IMG/VR virus record: IMGVR_UViG_3300032007_000001
Source of the DNA: a virus
Taxonomy: Duplodnaviria; Caudoviricetes
Reading direction: 5' to 3' (one strand)
DNA length: 64,000 nt
The translations under genes and the position numbers were made by a program. Below are positions 17,363 to 26,624 of this stretch, in pieces (the first letter of the stretch is position 1; each line of letters opens with the position of its first letter). The notes beneath the pieces were generated by a model. That model saw only the letters and a list, made by a program, of their open reading frames with translations. It was not told where the DNA came from and made no database searches.

Positions 17363-19516
17363 ATGCCTTATCGCGTACCAGGTGCGTATGCGCGTTTTAT
17401 AAAAACCGCCTCGCCAGTCAACAACGTAGGAGCAACACGTGTTCTCGGTCTTGTCGGTACAGGTGCAAACTACTTCGAAGTTTACAACGAAGCAATTAAA
17501 AAATCACATTCGCAAAGCTATGACCAACTCTCTCAGAACAACGTATTTGAGATTATCTCTCTTACAGACCGTGCACTTTCAAACGGTTCAATCGTTAGAG
17601 GGTCTACAATCTACGAAGAGGGCGTTGCTTACGAGCTTAAAGACGGAAACAAGATTGCTTGGAATACAATTGCTCCAGCAGAACTTTCAGTTACTGCTGC
17701 TACTCCAACAGAAGCATCAATTCAGTTGAAAAATCAAGTTACAGCTATTATCAATGACAACAACGAATATCTCGTACAAGATGGTAGCTACACACTCGAA
17801 ATTTCTTATATTGAAGATGCTTGGGACCATTCAGAAACAAACCATGTCAATGTTGGTTGCTATAGAGTAATCAATAATCAGACAAAACAAATTGTTGGTG
17901 AATGGGGAGTAAGTGGAGAATGGAATGAAGAAGCAGTCCCAGGATTAAAACTTAAGATTGAAGACGTATTTGTTCCGAATTCTGAAGGTGAATCCATAAC
18001 AAAAGTTGGGGACGCTGTAATCATTACGACAAAAGCTCCAAAAACAGAAATTGAAGCAAATGTTTCTTTCAACGAAGAAGTTATTGGATATAATCCAGCA
18101 TTTGCAAAATCATTCATGTGTCTCAATGAATCAACAGCTGCTAATGACGCAGAAAAAGAATATTTCATGATAGTTGATTCAGAATCAATCACAAATGGCG
18201 ATTATGAAATTGTTTATACATCTTCATCTCCTCAAATGATTGAAATCAACAATGTAAGCGAAGATTTTGATACTTCTCTGAATCCAATTTACTCTGGTGA
18301 AGTTGGAACAGTTGCAGAATATCTTAACATTATCCCTGGCATTACATTCATTCTTAATGAAGTTAGTGAAGAAGTAAATGTTGGCGATACTGTCGGTATT
18401 CATGTTCAAGCTCCAACTCGTGGAGATGCAATCGCCGAAGATGATGTTTACTACATCTCTTATAAGTACAAGAAAGCAGAAGAAGATTACGACCCAATCC
18501 TCTATTACAACTACGACGATGTTATTCAGGCTTATGGCAACTACGATGTCACGGCATCTGGTGTTGTTATCAACTCATTAACGCTTGCTGCAGAACTTGC
18601 ATTTAGAGCCGGTGTCAATCCAATTGTTTGCGTACAGGCTAAGAATGATTCAGATTACGAAATTAAGAAAGCAATTGATAAACTGACAGCAGATGTTGCT
18701 GGTGCTGAAAATGTTAATATTATCGTACCTCTTACAACGTCACCATCTGTTGGTTCATATATGCAAGACCACGTTGATTTTATGTCGTCTGAACAGGGTG
18801 CACATGAACGTATGTGCTATCTTGGAGCATATCCAAAACAGCCAATCAATAAATTTGCAACAGCCGCTGATAAAACAATCGGTATGAAACAACAGGCTGA
18901 AGCTTATAGCGATGAACGTGTTGTTTATTGCGTTCCTGGCCGTGTTACTTATGATATCAAGAATCTGCAAACAGGCAGAATCAATACAAGAACTCTTCCT
19001 GGTTGCTATCTTGCTCTTGGTGCTGCTACAATTGCTCTTACTCAAGACGTTGCAGAACCACTTACAAGAAAGAAGATTCGTTGTGGATTTGGCGATTTAT
19101 TGGATGTTTATACAGAAACAGAAAAGAACGCTTTGGCAGAATCCGGTTGCTGTGTAATTGAACAAAAATCGTCAGGTATCAGAGTACGTCATGGTATCAC
19201 AACCCAGGATGACGAAGTTAATACAACTGAAATTACACTTATTCAAATCAAAGACTATGTCATTGCCCAATGCCGCAAATCTTGCGATGCTCTTTACATC
19301 GGTATCAAGAATCTGCCTGGCAGAAAAGCAGACATCCAATATACAATTTCATCAATTCTTTCGCAATTCATGTCACAAGAAATTATTCTTGGATATCAAG
19401 GACTTTCTGTAAAAGATTCTCCAGACGACCCGAGAGAAGTCCTCGTAAACTTTGAAATCGAAGCAGTATATCCGTTGAACTATGTAACTATTACGTTCGG
19501 TTTCGCTGCTACCTAA
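17363..19516 (+). CDS. Contractile tail sheath protein
   Basis: N-terminal RVPGAY, LGLVG; C-terminal AEPLTRK, VRHGITT, DDPREVLVNFEIEAVYPLNYVTITF. Confidence 0.9.
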   Translation: MPYRVPGAYARFIKTASPVNNVGATRVLGLVGTGANYFEVYNEAIKKSHSQSYDQLSQNNVFEIISLTDRALSNGSIVRGSTIYEEGVAYELKDGNKIAWNTIAPAELSVTAATPTEASIQLKNQVTAIINDNNEYLVQDGSYTLEISYIEDAWDHSETNHVNVGCYRVINNQTKQIVGEWGVSGEWNEEAVPGLKLKIEDVFVPNSEGESITKVGDAVIITTKAPKTEIEANVSFNEEVIGYNPAFAKSFMCLNESTAANDAEKEYFMIVDSESITNGDYEIVYTSSSPQMIEINNVSEDFDTSLNPIYSGEVGTVAEYLNIIPGITFILNEVSEEVNVGDTVGIHVQAPTRGDAIAEDDVYYISYKYKKAEEDYDPILYYNYDDVIQAYGNYDVTASGVVINSLTLAAELAFRAGVNPIVCVQAKNDSDYEIKKAIDKLTADVAGAENVNIIVPLTTSPSVGSYMQDHVDFMSSEQGAHERMCYLGAYPKQPINKFATAADKTIGMKQQAEAYSDERVVYCVPGRVTYDIKNLQTGRINTRTLPGCYLALGAATIALTQDVAEPLTRKKIRCGFGDLLDVYTETEKNALAESGCCVIEQKSSGIRVRHGITTQDDEVNTTEITLIQIKDYVIAQCRKSCDALYIGIKNLPGRKADIQYTISSILSQFMSQEIILGYQGLSVKDSPDDPREVLVNFEIEAVYPLNYVTITFGFAAT

Positions 19517-19536
19517 TAAGAGAGGTGAAACGGTAA

Positions 19537-20190
19537 ATGGCGGACAAGTTGGAAAACGTAATTGACGGTACTAAAGCAGCATTTCCTTCTAAAGTAAATA
19601 AAATGCTGAATACCCAAAGAGCAACTGGAATGCCTGAAATTGGTGATAATAGTGCCACGTTGCCTATTACATCAACGAACGTAGAAGTTTATGCTAACAA
19701 CATGCGAGTTGGCATAGTTCAGGAATTTACACCTTCTGAAAGTCGTACTATTACTCCGATACAAGAACTTGGTACTGAGGGAGTTGTCCAAATGCTCCCT
19801 CAAAATACCAACGGTGGTACAATTTCTCTCAGAAGATTTGCTCTTTTCAATTCAACATTGGCAAATGCTATTGGTTTAACCAGAACCGGTCAATTCATGC
19901 CAGCAAATGATAGTGATTATGTATATGGTACAGCATCTACTATGGATTCTGCATCAAGGACGTATGGTAACCCCTTCAAAACATTAAAAGACCAGCGCGT
20001 TCCATTGGAATTCAAGGTAAAAGTTCGTCTTCCAGACGACCAAAACGATTCTTACCATGTAGATACATATATTGATTGTTGGTTACAACAGTATGGTAAA
20101 TCATATGCTACAAATCAGATTCAAATTACCGAAACAGCAACTATTTCCTATAGTGATGTATACGGTGAAAAAATTTCTAGCACGAGCTAA
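19537..20190 (+). CDS. Tail tube protein 1
   Basis: Follows sheath; VGIVQEFTPSESR..TPIQELG, DCWL..Y.KSY, ETATISY. Confidence 0.8.
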   Translation: MADKLENVIDGTKAAFPSKVNKMLNTQRATGMPEIGDNSATLPITSTNVEVYANNMRVGIVQEFTPSESRTITPIQELGTEGVVQMLPQNTNGGTISLRRFALFNSTLANAIGLTRTGQFMPANDSDYVYGTASTMDSASRTYGNPFKTLKDQRVPLEFKVKVRLPDDQNDSYHVDTYIDCWLQQYGKSYATNQIQITETATISYSDVYGEKISSTS

Positions 20191-20203
20191 GAGGTGAGAA
20201 GCA

Positions 20204-20923
20204 ATGGCAATAACTAATCCTGGTTATGATGCTAATACGCATTTTAACTATTTCGAACAACACGATGCTGTAAATTCCAATATTGCTAATACTTCTACAA
20301 ATACTCATCGTGCTACTAGAAATGATATTAGAACAGCTGAGAATGATTTCAACCCACAAACGGCGTTTGATAATTCATTACTCACAACTTCTACAAATAC
20401 TTTCATCTTTGCTAATGGTTCAATTGTTGGCATGGTTCAAAGCTTCAATGTCAGCGAATCAAGAGGCGTAAATAAATTACAAGCCATTGGATGGGAAGGC
20501 GTTGTACAAGCTGTTCCAGAAAACACGAAAGGTGGTTCATTGACTATGTCTCGCATAGCATTATATGAATCACAAATCTGGAATGCTCTTGGCTTAACAA
20601 CTTCTGGACGTCCATTTAACCAAATTGGTGCAAAAGTATATGATGCTGAAGCCGAAGGAGATACTTGGGACCAAAGTTCAATGTCACCAGAATCAATTGA
20701 TGCTAGAGCATATAAAACAGCTACGAATTTGGTATTTAATACTTTACGTCAACAAAAAGTTCCTCTTGAAATCCAAGTCAAGACAAGAGCTCATGGTAAA
20801 GAAGAAAAATATTGGGTAGAAACATACATTGATTGCTGGCTTTCAAGCTATAGAAAATCTTATAGCGTCGGCAGCATTACAGTTGCTGAAGATGTCACGA
20901 TTATGTACGGAGACACATATTAA
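20204..20923 (+). CDS. Tail tube protein 2 (paralog)
   Basis: VGMVQSFNVSESR, EGVVQ..P.NT.GG, TL..QKVPLE, TYIDCWL shared with tube 1. Confidence 0.8.
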   Translation: MAITNPGYDANTHFNYFEQHDAVNSNIANTSTNTHRATRNDIRTAENDFNPQTAFDNSLLTTSTNTFIFANGSIVGMVQSFNVSESRGVNKLQAIGWEGVVQAVPENTKGGSLTMSRIALYESQIWNALGLTTSGRPFNQIGAKVYDAEAEGDTWDQSSMSPESIDARAYKTATNLVFNTLRQQKVPLEIQVKTRAHGKEEKYWVETYIDCWLSSYRKSYSVGSITVAEDVTIMYGDTY

Positions 20924-20924
20924 T

Positions 20925-20951
20925 AAAAAGGAGGATTTATTCCTCCTTTTT
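20925..20951. terminator. Bidirectional intrinsic terminator
   Basis: AAAAAGGAGGA / TCCTCCTTTTT. Confidence 0.85.
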
Positions 20952-20954
20952 ATC

Positions 20955-21767
20955 TTAATTTGATACTGCACTTCCAGATGGCAATGTATCTAACAATTCA
21001 TTCCCAATATCTTTATATTTTATAGTTTGATATATATAAGAACTTTTACAATGAATATTTAAGGAACTCCATTCACCAAGCAATTGATAATACAAATTAC
21101 ATTCTCTATTTTCTTTACCGGAAGAAGTTGTTCTTGGTTTATAATAAGCATATAATCTTGGTTTTATGACGTTATTGCCGGTAAATAATGTTTTAAAATG
21201 TAAACTATCACCAATAGTGTCAGCATTAATGCCAGTAAGACAAAACTTGGCGTAATCTTCATGAAAACCATTACCGGTATTATTATTTTTACTGCAATAT
21301 GATACATCTATAAAAACACCAAAATCTCCAGATATATCATAAATTGTTAATAATTTTAAGTATTTGTTGTTTGTATTAGCCGCTGTTAAATGAAAAACAA
21401 CATCTATTTCTCTAGAATCATCACTTTTATAAGAATTATAACAACTATTATTCATTGGGTCTGTGAATGTTGTATATTTATGAGTATGATTTATAATTGC
21501 ATATGTATTTTCTATACTATCTAATTTTGTTTTATCTACACTACTCATCATTCCATTACTAGATGCAGTTACTATATTATGTATATGATTAACATCTGCT
21601 GCATTAATAGAATTTCTTAAAGAATCAGCATTATCTATAGTCTTATTTATATTTTTCATATAAGAAGTTATATCTTCTATTTGGTCTACTTCTGTTTCTA
21701 AATGATGTAATTCTTGAGAATTTGTAGATGGATTGGGTAGATATAGTTTAGATTTTCTTGTAGTCAT
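20955..21767 (-). CDS. Short fibre/receptor-binding-like protein
   Basis: HIH, NGMMSSVDKTKLDSI and HTH(His-Thr-His) fibre motifs; start reassigned to ATG 21767 after GGAGG. Confidence 0.55.
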   Translation of the reverse strand: MTTRKSKLYLPNPSTNSQELHHLETEVDQIEDITSYMKNINKTIDNADSLRNSINAADVNHIHNIVTASSNGMMSSVDKTKLDSIENTYAIINHTHKYTTFTDPMNNSCYNSYKSDDSREIDVVFHLTAANTNNKYLKLLTIYDISGDFGVFIDVSYCSKNNNTGNGFHEDYAKFCLTGINADTIGDSLHFKTLFTGNNVIKPRLYAYYKPRTTSSGKENRECNLYYQLLGEWSSLNIHCKSSYIYQTIKYKDIGNELLDTLPSGSAVSN

Positions 21768-21804
21768 ATTTTTCCTCCATTTTTTTATCTCTATATAAAA
21801 AATA

Positions 21805-21840
21805 AAAAAAATTAAGAGCATAATTTTTATGCTCTTAAAA
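21805..21840 (-). terminator. Intrinsic terminator
   Basis: TTAAGAGCATAA / TTATGCTCTTAA. Confidence 0.7.
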
Positions 21841-21848
21841 ATCAACAA

Positions 21849-22301
21849 TTAATATTGTACCTTAAAAAACGATTTACTATCTTTGTCAAAAACTGCAAAT
21901 TTACCAGTAATAGTAAAGTCAGTTATCCAGCGCCATTCACATTTTGCTGTATCAACAGCTTTACCTCCATTAAGTACCATTATAGTTACGTGTGCTACTT
22001 TATTTTGTGAATAATGATTTTTGTCTTTTATTTTTATGCCAATATTTGTAATTTCATCTTTTTCGTTTTTTAATATTCCAACTGCAACTACTTGAAGAGT
22101 AACTTCTTTTTCAAGAATATCACTTGTATAAATCTCTTCTCTTTTTGGCCTAAAAATACAAGTCATATGCACTTCATTTTTTGCATATGACAGAAATTTA
22201 CGTATTGCTGATATTGTAGAAAGAACATCTAGAATCTTTTTTAATGATTTTTCACTTATCAAAATGCCTTGGAATATTATATCTCTCCAAAAAATCTCCA
22301 T
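21849..22301 (-). CDS. 2H phosphoesterase (cyclic phosphodiesterase-like)
   Basis: Two HxT motifs, VHMTC and AHVTI, about 57 aa apart; GGKAVD after the second. Confidence 0.7.
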   Translation of the reverse strand: MEIFWRDIIFQGILISEKSLKKILDVLSTISAIRKFLSYAKNEVHMTCIFRPKREEIYTSDILEKEVTLQVVAVGILKNEKDEITNIGIKIKDKNHYSQNKVAHVTIMVLNGGKAVDTAKCEWRWITDFTITGKFAVFDKDSKSFFKVQY

Positions 22302-22318
22302 TTATTTTTCAACTCCGG

Positions 22319-22507
22319 TTATTGAATACTGCATGCTTGTTCTATATATATTTTATCAAATTTTTTCGTAAATATATTTATATCTGTTGGAGCATTCAAC
22401 GCTGCAAGAGCGCGAGATATTCTTAATGCAGATTCTGCATCATCCATAGCATTTGCACCATCATATGCATATTCCAACATCTCTCTAATTTCTTTCAATG
22501 AATCCAC
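22319..22507 (-). CDS. Hypothetical protein (62 aa)
   Basis: GAGGAG RBS, GTG start, in early operon. Confidence 0.65.
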   Translation of the reverse strand: MDSLKEIREMLEYAYDGANAMDDAESALRISRALAALNAPTDINIFTKKFDKIYIEQACSIQ

Positions 22508-22509
22508 AT

Positions 22510-22713
22510 TTATTCTCCTCTCTTTTCAACCTCTACTTTCATAACCATACCAGTAATTACTTTTGTAAAATCGTCCAAATTTAATTCAATAATTTCCCTA
22601 TTTCGTTTTTCGTCTCTAATTTCAATAACCATTTTTTCATTTGAAGACCTTGTAATAGATAAATACGCTTCTTTCTTCACTTTTCTCATCCTTTCGTTAT
22701 ATGTTTCCAACAA
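22510..22713 (-). CDS. Hypothetical protein
   Basis: Coupled ORF; likely start MRKVKK overlapping the upstream stop. Confidence 0.6.
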   Translation of the reverse strand: MLETYNERMRKVKKEAYLSITRSSNEKMVIEIRDEKRNREIIELNLDDFTKVITGMVMKVEVEKRGE

Positions 22714-23126
22714 ATCGGACCAAAACCACGTTCAATGGATTCGTCATCATCGAGCTTTCTACCGCAGCAAGCGCAACGCCCATGATGAATCATAACCATC
22801 GGATGAGGAAGTTTGTTATTTCCTCTATTGATAGCATAAATTATGCCCTTGATGGCCGGTGCTGTGTTATCAAGAGTACCTTTCTTACCTTTGCTATAGA
22901 AAAAAGTTCCATTTTCAAATTTACAAATATATCCGGCATACACGAAATCATGACCATTTTTTACTTTTACAAAAAACAATTCTTTGCCATTTTCAGATTT
23001 CTTTTTACTCTTATTTACCTTATATTTATATTCGATATTCGAAACAACGTTTTTGATAGTAAATTCAGCTTTTCCACCAAAAATAAAATTCTTTGCCGTC
23101 TTTACTTCATTCGTCATTTTAATCAT
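22686..23126 (-). CDS. DUF6011-family Zn-finger phage protein
   Basis: C-terminal CACCGRKL.D.ESIERGFGPIC. Confidence 0.8.
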   Translation of the reverse strand: MIKMTNEVKTAKNFIFGGKAEFTIKNVVSNIEYKYKVNKSKKKSENGKELFFVKVKNGHDFVYAGYICKFENGTFFYSKGKKGTLDNTAPAIKGIIYAINRGNNKLPHPMVMIHHGRCACCGRKLDDDESIERGFGPICWKHITKG

Positions 23127-23147
23127 TCCTTTCTATTTTATGGTTAT

Positions 23148-23176
23148 ATTATACCATAAAACAAAGGAAATGTAAA
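23148..23176 (-). promoter_or_regulatory. SigmaA-type (early) promoter
   Basis: TTTACA-17bp-TATAAT with TG extended -10. Confidence 0.8.
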
Positions 23177-23187
23177 TAGTTTTATGC

Positions 23188-23219
23188 AAAAAAAGAGGAG
23201 AAAATTTCTCCTCTTTTTT
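23188..23219. terminator. Intrinsic terminator
   Basis: AAAAAAGAGGAGAAA / TTTCTCCTCTTTTTT. Confidence 0.85.
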
Positions 23220-23220
23220 A

Positions 23221-24927
23221 TTAAAAAAATTCTATAATCATATCATTATTATTTTTAAGCAATTGAGATGTAATTAATGGTCTTACATTATTTTTAACAT
23301 TCTTAAACGCAACTTTTTTAACAGAAGACCCATAAAACATATTTTTCATACGAGAATTAAGGCTATTATTATTATCCAAGTCTATGCTGCTACAATCTAT
23401 AACCCATGGAAATTCTTCTGGAAGAGACGAACAATTATTAAACATATTATTCATATTTCTAGCAGAACTAGTATCTAATTCTGGAATTGTTTCCAATGAA
23501 GAACAAGCATAAAACATTTCAACCATATGTCCAACTTTACTAGTATTCAATTGCGGTATAGATACAAGATTCTCACAATAAGAAAACATATTCCCCATAT
23601 CTGTAACATTTTCTGTATTTAATTGTGGTATATTTGTAAGTTTATTACAATTATAAAACATATTATTCATGTTTGTAACTTTATGTGTATCAAATTGCGG
23701 TACAGATATTAAATTATCACATTCATAAAACATTTTTTGCATATCTCTAACATTTCTAGTATCAAATAAAGGAACAGTGGTTAAACTTTTGCAATTATTA
23801 AACATATCGCTCATATTTCTTACTTTTTTAGTATTTGAAAATAATGGAAGATTATTTGACGTTAATTTTTCACATCTTACAAACATATGACACATATCTA
23901 TTGTATTGTCTGTATATAATAAAAGTCTATCTTGATTATTTACTGTAATTGATTGTAAATTTTCACAATATTCAAACATTCCATGCATATCAACAGTACA
24001 AAACGTATCAAATTGACTATCTAAATTTAATATACTTATATTTTGGCAATATCCAAAATAAAGAGGCATATTTTTAGGCATACAACTTCCGATTGGATCA
24101 AAAAAGAAAGTAGCTAATGAATTCACAGAACATAAATATTCCATCGCCATATTTTCAGCTTCTTGAATGTCCATTTCATATGGATTTTCTTCCAAAACCA
24201 TTACCATAGCACATCTAATTGCCCATTTTGATAATCCCAAATAACCAAATTCATTTCTAACTACATCATTAAAATAATCTTCATATGACAAATCGCTGAA
24301 TTCTATATTTAAGTTATCTGTTCCACTTAATAATTGAGAATTAATTTGAGATTTTAAGCTGGAACGAACATTATTTAATTTAACATATCTAACAGAACTT
24401 CCCTTAAACATATCTTTTAACATATTTACATCAGAGATATTATCACAACCAATTGGCCATAAAAGCCTTTCCGGAAGAGATTGACAATTTTCAAACATAT
24501 TTTTCATATTTGTAACATTATCTGAATAAAAATATGGGATTTCTTCCAATTCATAACAATTCTTAAACATCTCTTCACATGTTGTTAGAGACGAAGCATT
24601 TAAGACTGGCAAATCATTACAATATGTCATTGTTTGATATGATTGCGGATAAAAATCGCTCATTTTATATTTATTATCATAAATATAAATTTCTTCAGCA
24701 TCATTTTCATTTATATAATCTCTTAACATCTGTTCTACATATTTAGGAACAAAATAATATTTTCCTTGTTGTTTAACATAAATACCAAGATTATTATTAT
24801 TAACATTACTTACTTCACTAGCAGCCAAAGGAGATATTGTTCCATTTGCTTCTTGCCATAATACTCTTGGATATTCATTACTTTCTGCTATTCTTACTTC
24901 TATTCCTTCTATTGTCTTTGTAGACAT
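23221..24927 (-). CDS. DUF285/BspA-type leucine-rich-repeat surface protein
   Basis: Many xPxxDTxxVxNMxxMFxxCxxL repeats in two blocks, each closed by a PW.I.C..MF.GSSV..QLL cap. Confidence 0.85.
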   Translation of the reverse strand: MSTKTIEGIEVRIAESNEYPRVLWQEANGTISPLAASEVSNVNNNNLGIYVKQQGKYYFVPKYVEQMLRDYINENDAEEIYIYDNKYKMSDFYPQSYQTMTYCNDLPVLNASSLTTCEEMFKNCYELEEIPYFYSDNVTNMKNMFENCQSLPERLLWPIGCDNISDVNMLKDMFKGSSVRYVKLNNVRSSLKSQINSQLLSGTDNLNIEFSDLSYEDYFNDVVRNEFGYLGLSKWAIRCAMVMVLEENPYEMDIQEAENMAMEYLCSVNSLATFFFDPIGSCMPKNMPLYFGYCQNISILNLDSQFDTFCTVDMHGMFEYCENLQSITVNNQDRLLLYTDNTIDMCHMFVRCEKLTSNNLPLFSNTKKVRNMSDMFNNCKSLTTVPLFDTRNVRDMQKMFYECDNLISVPQFDTHKVTNMNNMFYNCNKLTNIPQLNTENVTDMGNMFSYCENLVSIPQLNTSKVGHMVEMFYACSSLETIPELDTSSARNMNNMFNNCSSLPEEFPWVIDCSSIDLDNNNSLNSRMKNMFYGSSVKKVAFKNVKNNVRPLITSQLLKNNNDMIIEFF

Positions 24928-25026
24928 ATCATCACCTTTCCAATTCTTTAATTAAAAACATTTTATCATCAATACAATGTTTTTATAATTAAGCATTAAC
25001 GATAAAATTAAAGTCTTTATCGTATG

Positions 25027-25599
25027 TTATCTATATACCCACATTCTGGACGCGAAAGACCTCATTGTAATTCCTCGACCCATACCAGCGCCAGCAGCTG
25101 ATGATATAATACCAGTACCAACTGGACGAGTAATGCTTTGTTTTGCTGATTTAATACTATCATCATAAGCTGCTTTCATCTGACCAATAAGAGCAAGATA
25201 TTTGCCAGAAAGGTCGATAGAAAGACTGATTCCATTATCTGAATAAGAAAAGGCCTCTCCAGCTTGCCATGTTGCTTCACTTAAAATTGCAAAAATATAT
25301 GCTCCCATTATAATACAACCCTCTATACTAAATGGGTATGTATTAATTGTAAAACTTGTTGGAGCACCACCAGAAGTATTAAAATTACTTATAGACAATT
25401 GTATAAATATTAAAAGCTGTTCATCTGTCCAACGAAGACCATAATCTCTTTCTACTAAAGTATTCAAAGAACGATGAGAAAATTCTGGAGCATCTTTTAG
25501 AAGAGCTCTTAATTTGTGTAATAATTCTTTTTCTCTATCAGTAATTGCCGAAATTGTAGAATCATTAAGAGATTCTAAAATAATAGCCATGAATTTCAC
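25027..25599 (-). CDS. Probable head-tail adaptor/neck protein
   Basis: RWTDEQL, FSYSDNGISLSID motifs recalled from large-phage connectors; GAGGTG RBS. Confidence 0.45.
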   Translation of the reverse strand: MKFMAIILESLNDSTISAITDREKELLHKLRALLKDAPEFSHRSLNTLVERDYGLRWTDEQLLIFIQLSISNFNTSGGAPTSFTINTYPFSIEGCIIMGAYIFAILSEATWQAGEAFSYSDNGISLSIDLSGKYLALIGQMKAAYDDSIKSAKQSITRPVGTGIISSAAGAGMGRGITMRSFASRMWVYR

Positions 25600-25647
25600 C
25601 TCTCTTATATAAAAATAAAACTATTGGTTATTTATAAAATAAAAATT

Positions 25648-25677
25648 AAAAAGGAGAGATTTAAGTCTCTCCTTTTT
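25648..25677. terminator. Intrinsic terminator
   Basis: AAAAAGGAGAGA / TCTCTCCTTTTT. Confidence 0.8.
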
Positions 25678-25678
25678 C

Positions 25679-26521
25679 TTATATTCTTAAATTACAACAA
25701 TCATTTGGATTTTTATTTACATTATTTTTCCAATATTCATATGCCTCAGATTCATCTTCGCAAACGCTTAATTCCTTAAAACCTTTAATTCTAGATAAAT
25801 ATTCTTTTTTCTTTTCTAAAGGCAAATGATTATATCTGCTTTGTTTGACTGTATAATCTGAAAAATCTATATCAAACCATTTCTTTATCCAAGAATTAAC
25901 ACGTAAAAATTCTATTAAAATTTTATCACATTTTATTTGTGACAAAATATTTGTATCAATAAATTCTGGAATATATGGACTCAACCTAACCGAAACATCA
26001 AATCCATTACTTTGTAACGTTTCTATCGCTCTTATACGTTGACTTGGTAAACTAGCTTTTTCATATTGTAATTTTTTATACGTTGCATCATCAGTACATG
26101 TTAATGTTACTTGTATATGCGCTAATTTTTTATCCATTAATTCAAGATATTCTTTATCTGCTATTATATGACTTTTTGTAACGATAAGATAATTAATGTT
26201 ATTTTCGTTTAAGCATTTGATTGTTTCGTATGTTACTCTTGCAGTTTTTTCAAGTGGCTGAAAACAATCTGTCATTCCACCAAGTCTAATTGCATTTATT
26301 CCATTTAATTTTTTTATTTTTTTCTTAATTTTAGAAATATCAGCAATTGACGGTTCTTCACTATCCCATAAATTTCTAAAACTTAATAATGATTTCGCAT
26401 AACAATAACTGCAATCGTGTTGGCATCCACAACCATATGTATCTAACCTTGTTGGATAATTACATTTATTCCCTTCATTTCCTCCAACAGTCTTAAAAAA
26501 ACTCTTAAATTCTTTTCCCAT
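25679..26521 (-). CDS. Radical SAM enzyme, spore-photoproduct-lyase-like
   Basis: DTYGCGCQHDCSYCYA (CxxxCxxC), GGMTDCFQP.E, IVTKS, VRLSP. Confidence 0.85.
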   Translation of the reverse strand: MGKEFKSFFKTVGGNEGNKCNYPTRLDTYGCGCQHDCSYCYAKSLLSFRNLWDSEEPSIADISKIKKKIKKLNGINAIRLGGMTDCFQPLEKTARVTYETIKCLNENNINYLIVTKSHIIADKEYLELMDKKLAHIQVTLTCTDDATYKKLQYEKASLPSQRIRAIETLQSNGFDVSVRLSPYIPEFIDTNILSQIKCDKILIEFLRVNSWIKKWFDIDFSDYTVKQSRYNHLPLEKKKEYLSRIKGFKELSVCEDESEAYEYWKNNVNKNPNDCCNLRI

Positions 26522-26624
26522 TATATCATTCCTTATTAAAAAAAACTTTGTATTATATTTATTTTATTTATGTAAAACAAAGTTATTTTATGATTGAATA
26601 AATATATAAATTGGAGATACGAAT

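Noticed and set aside
17363-20923. Bacterial eCIS, tailocin or T6SS locus
   Set aside because: Terminase, primase, phage sigma factor and dispersed phage-type genes indicate a genuine phage genome
8928-24927. Diversity-generating retroelement acting on the LRR adhesins
   Set aside because: No reverse transcriptase in the window and no TR/VR pair differing only at adenines; similarity is diverged protein-level paralogy
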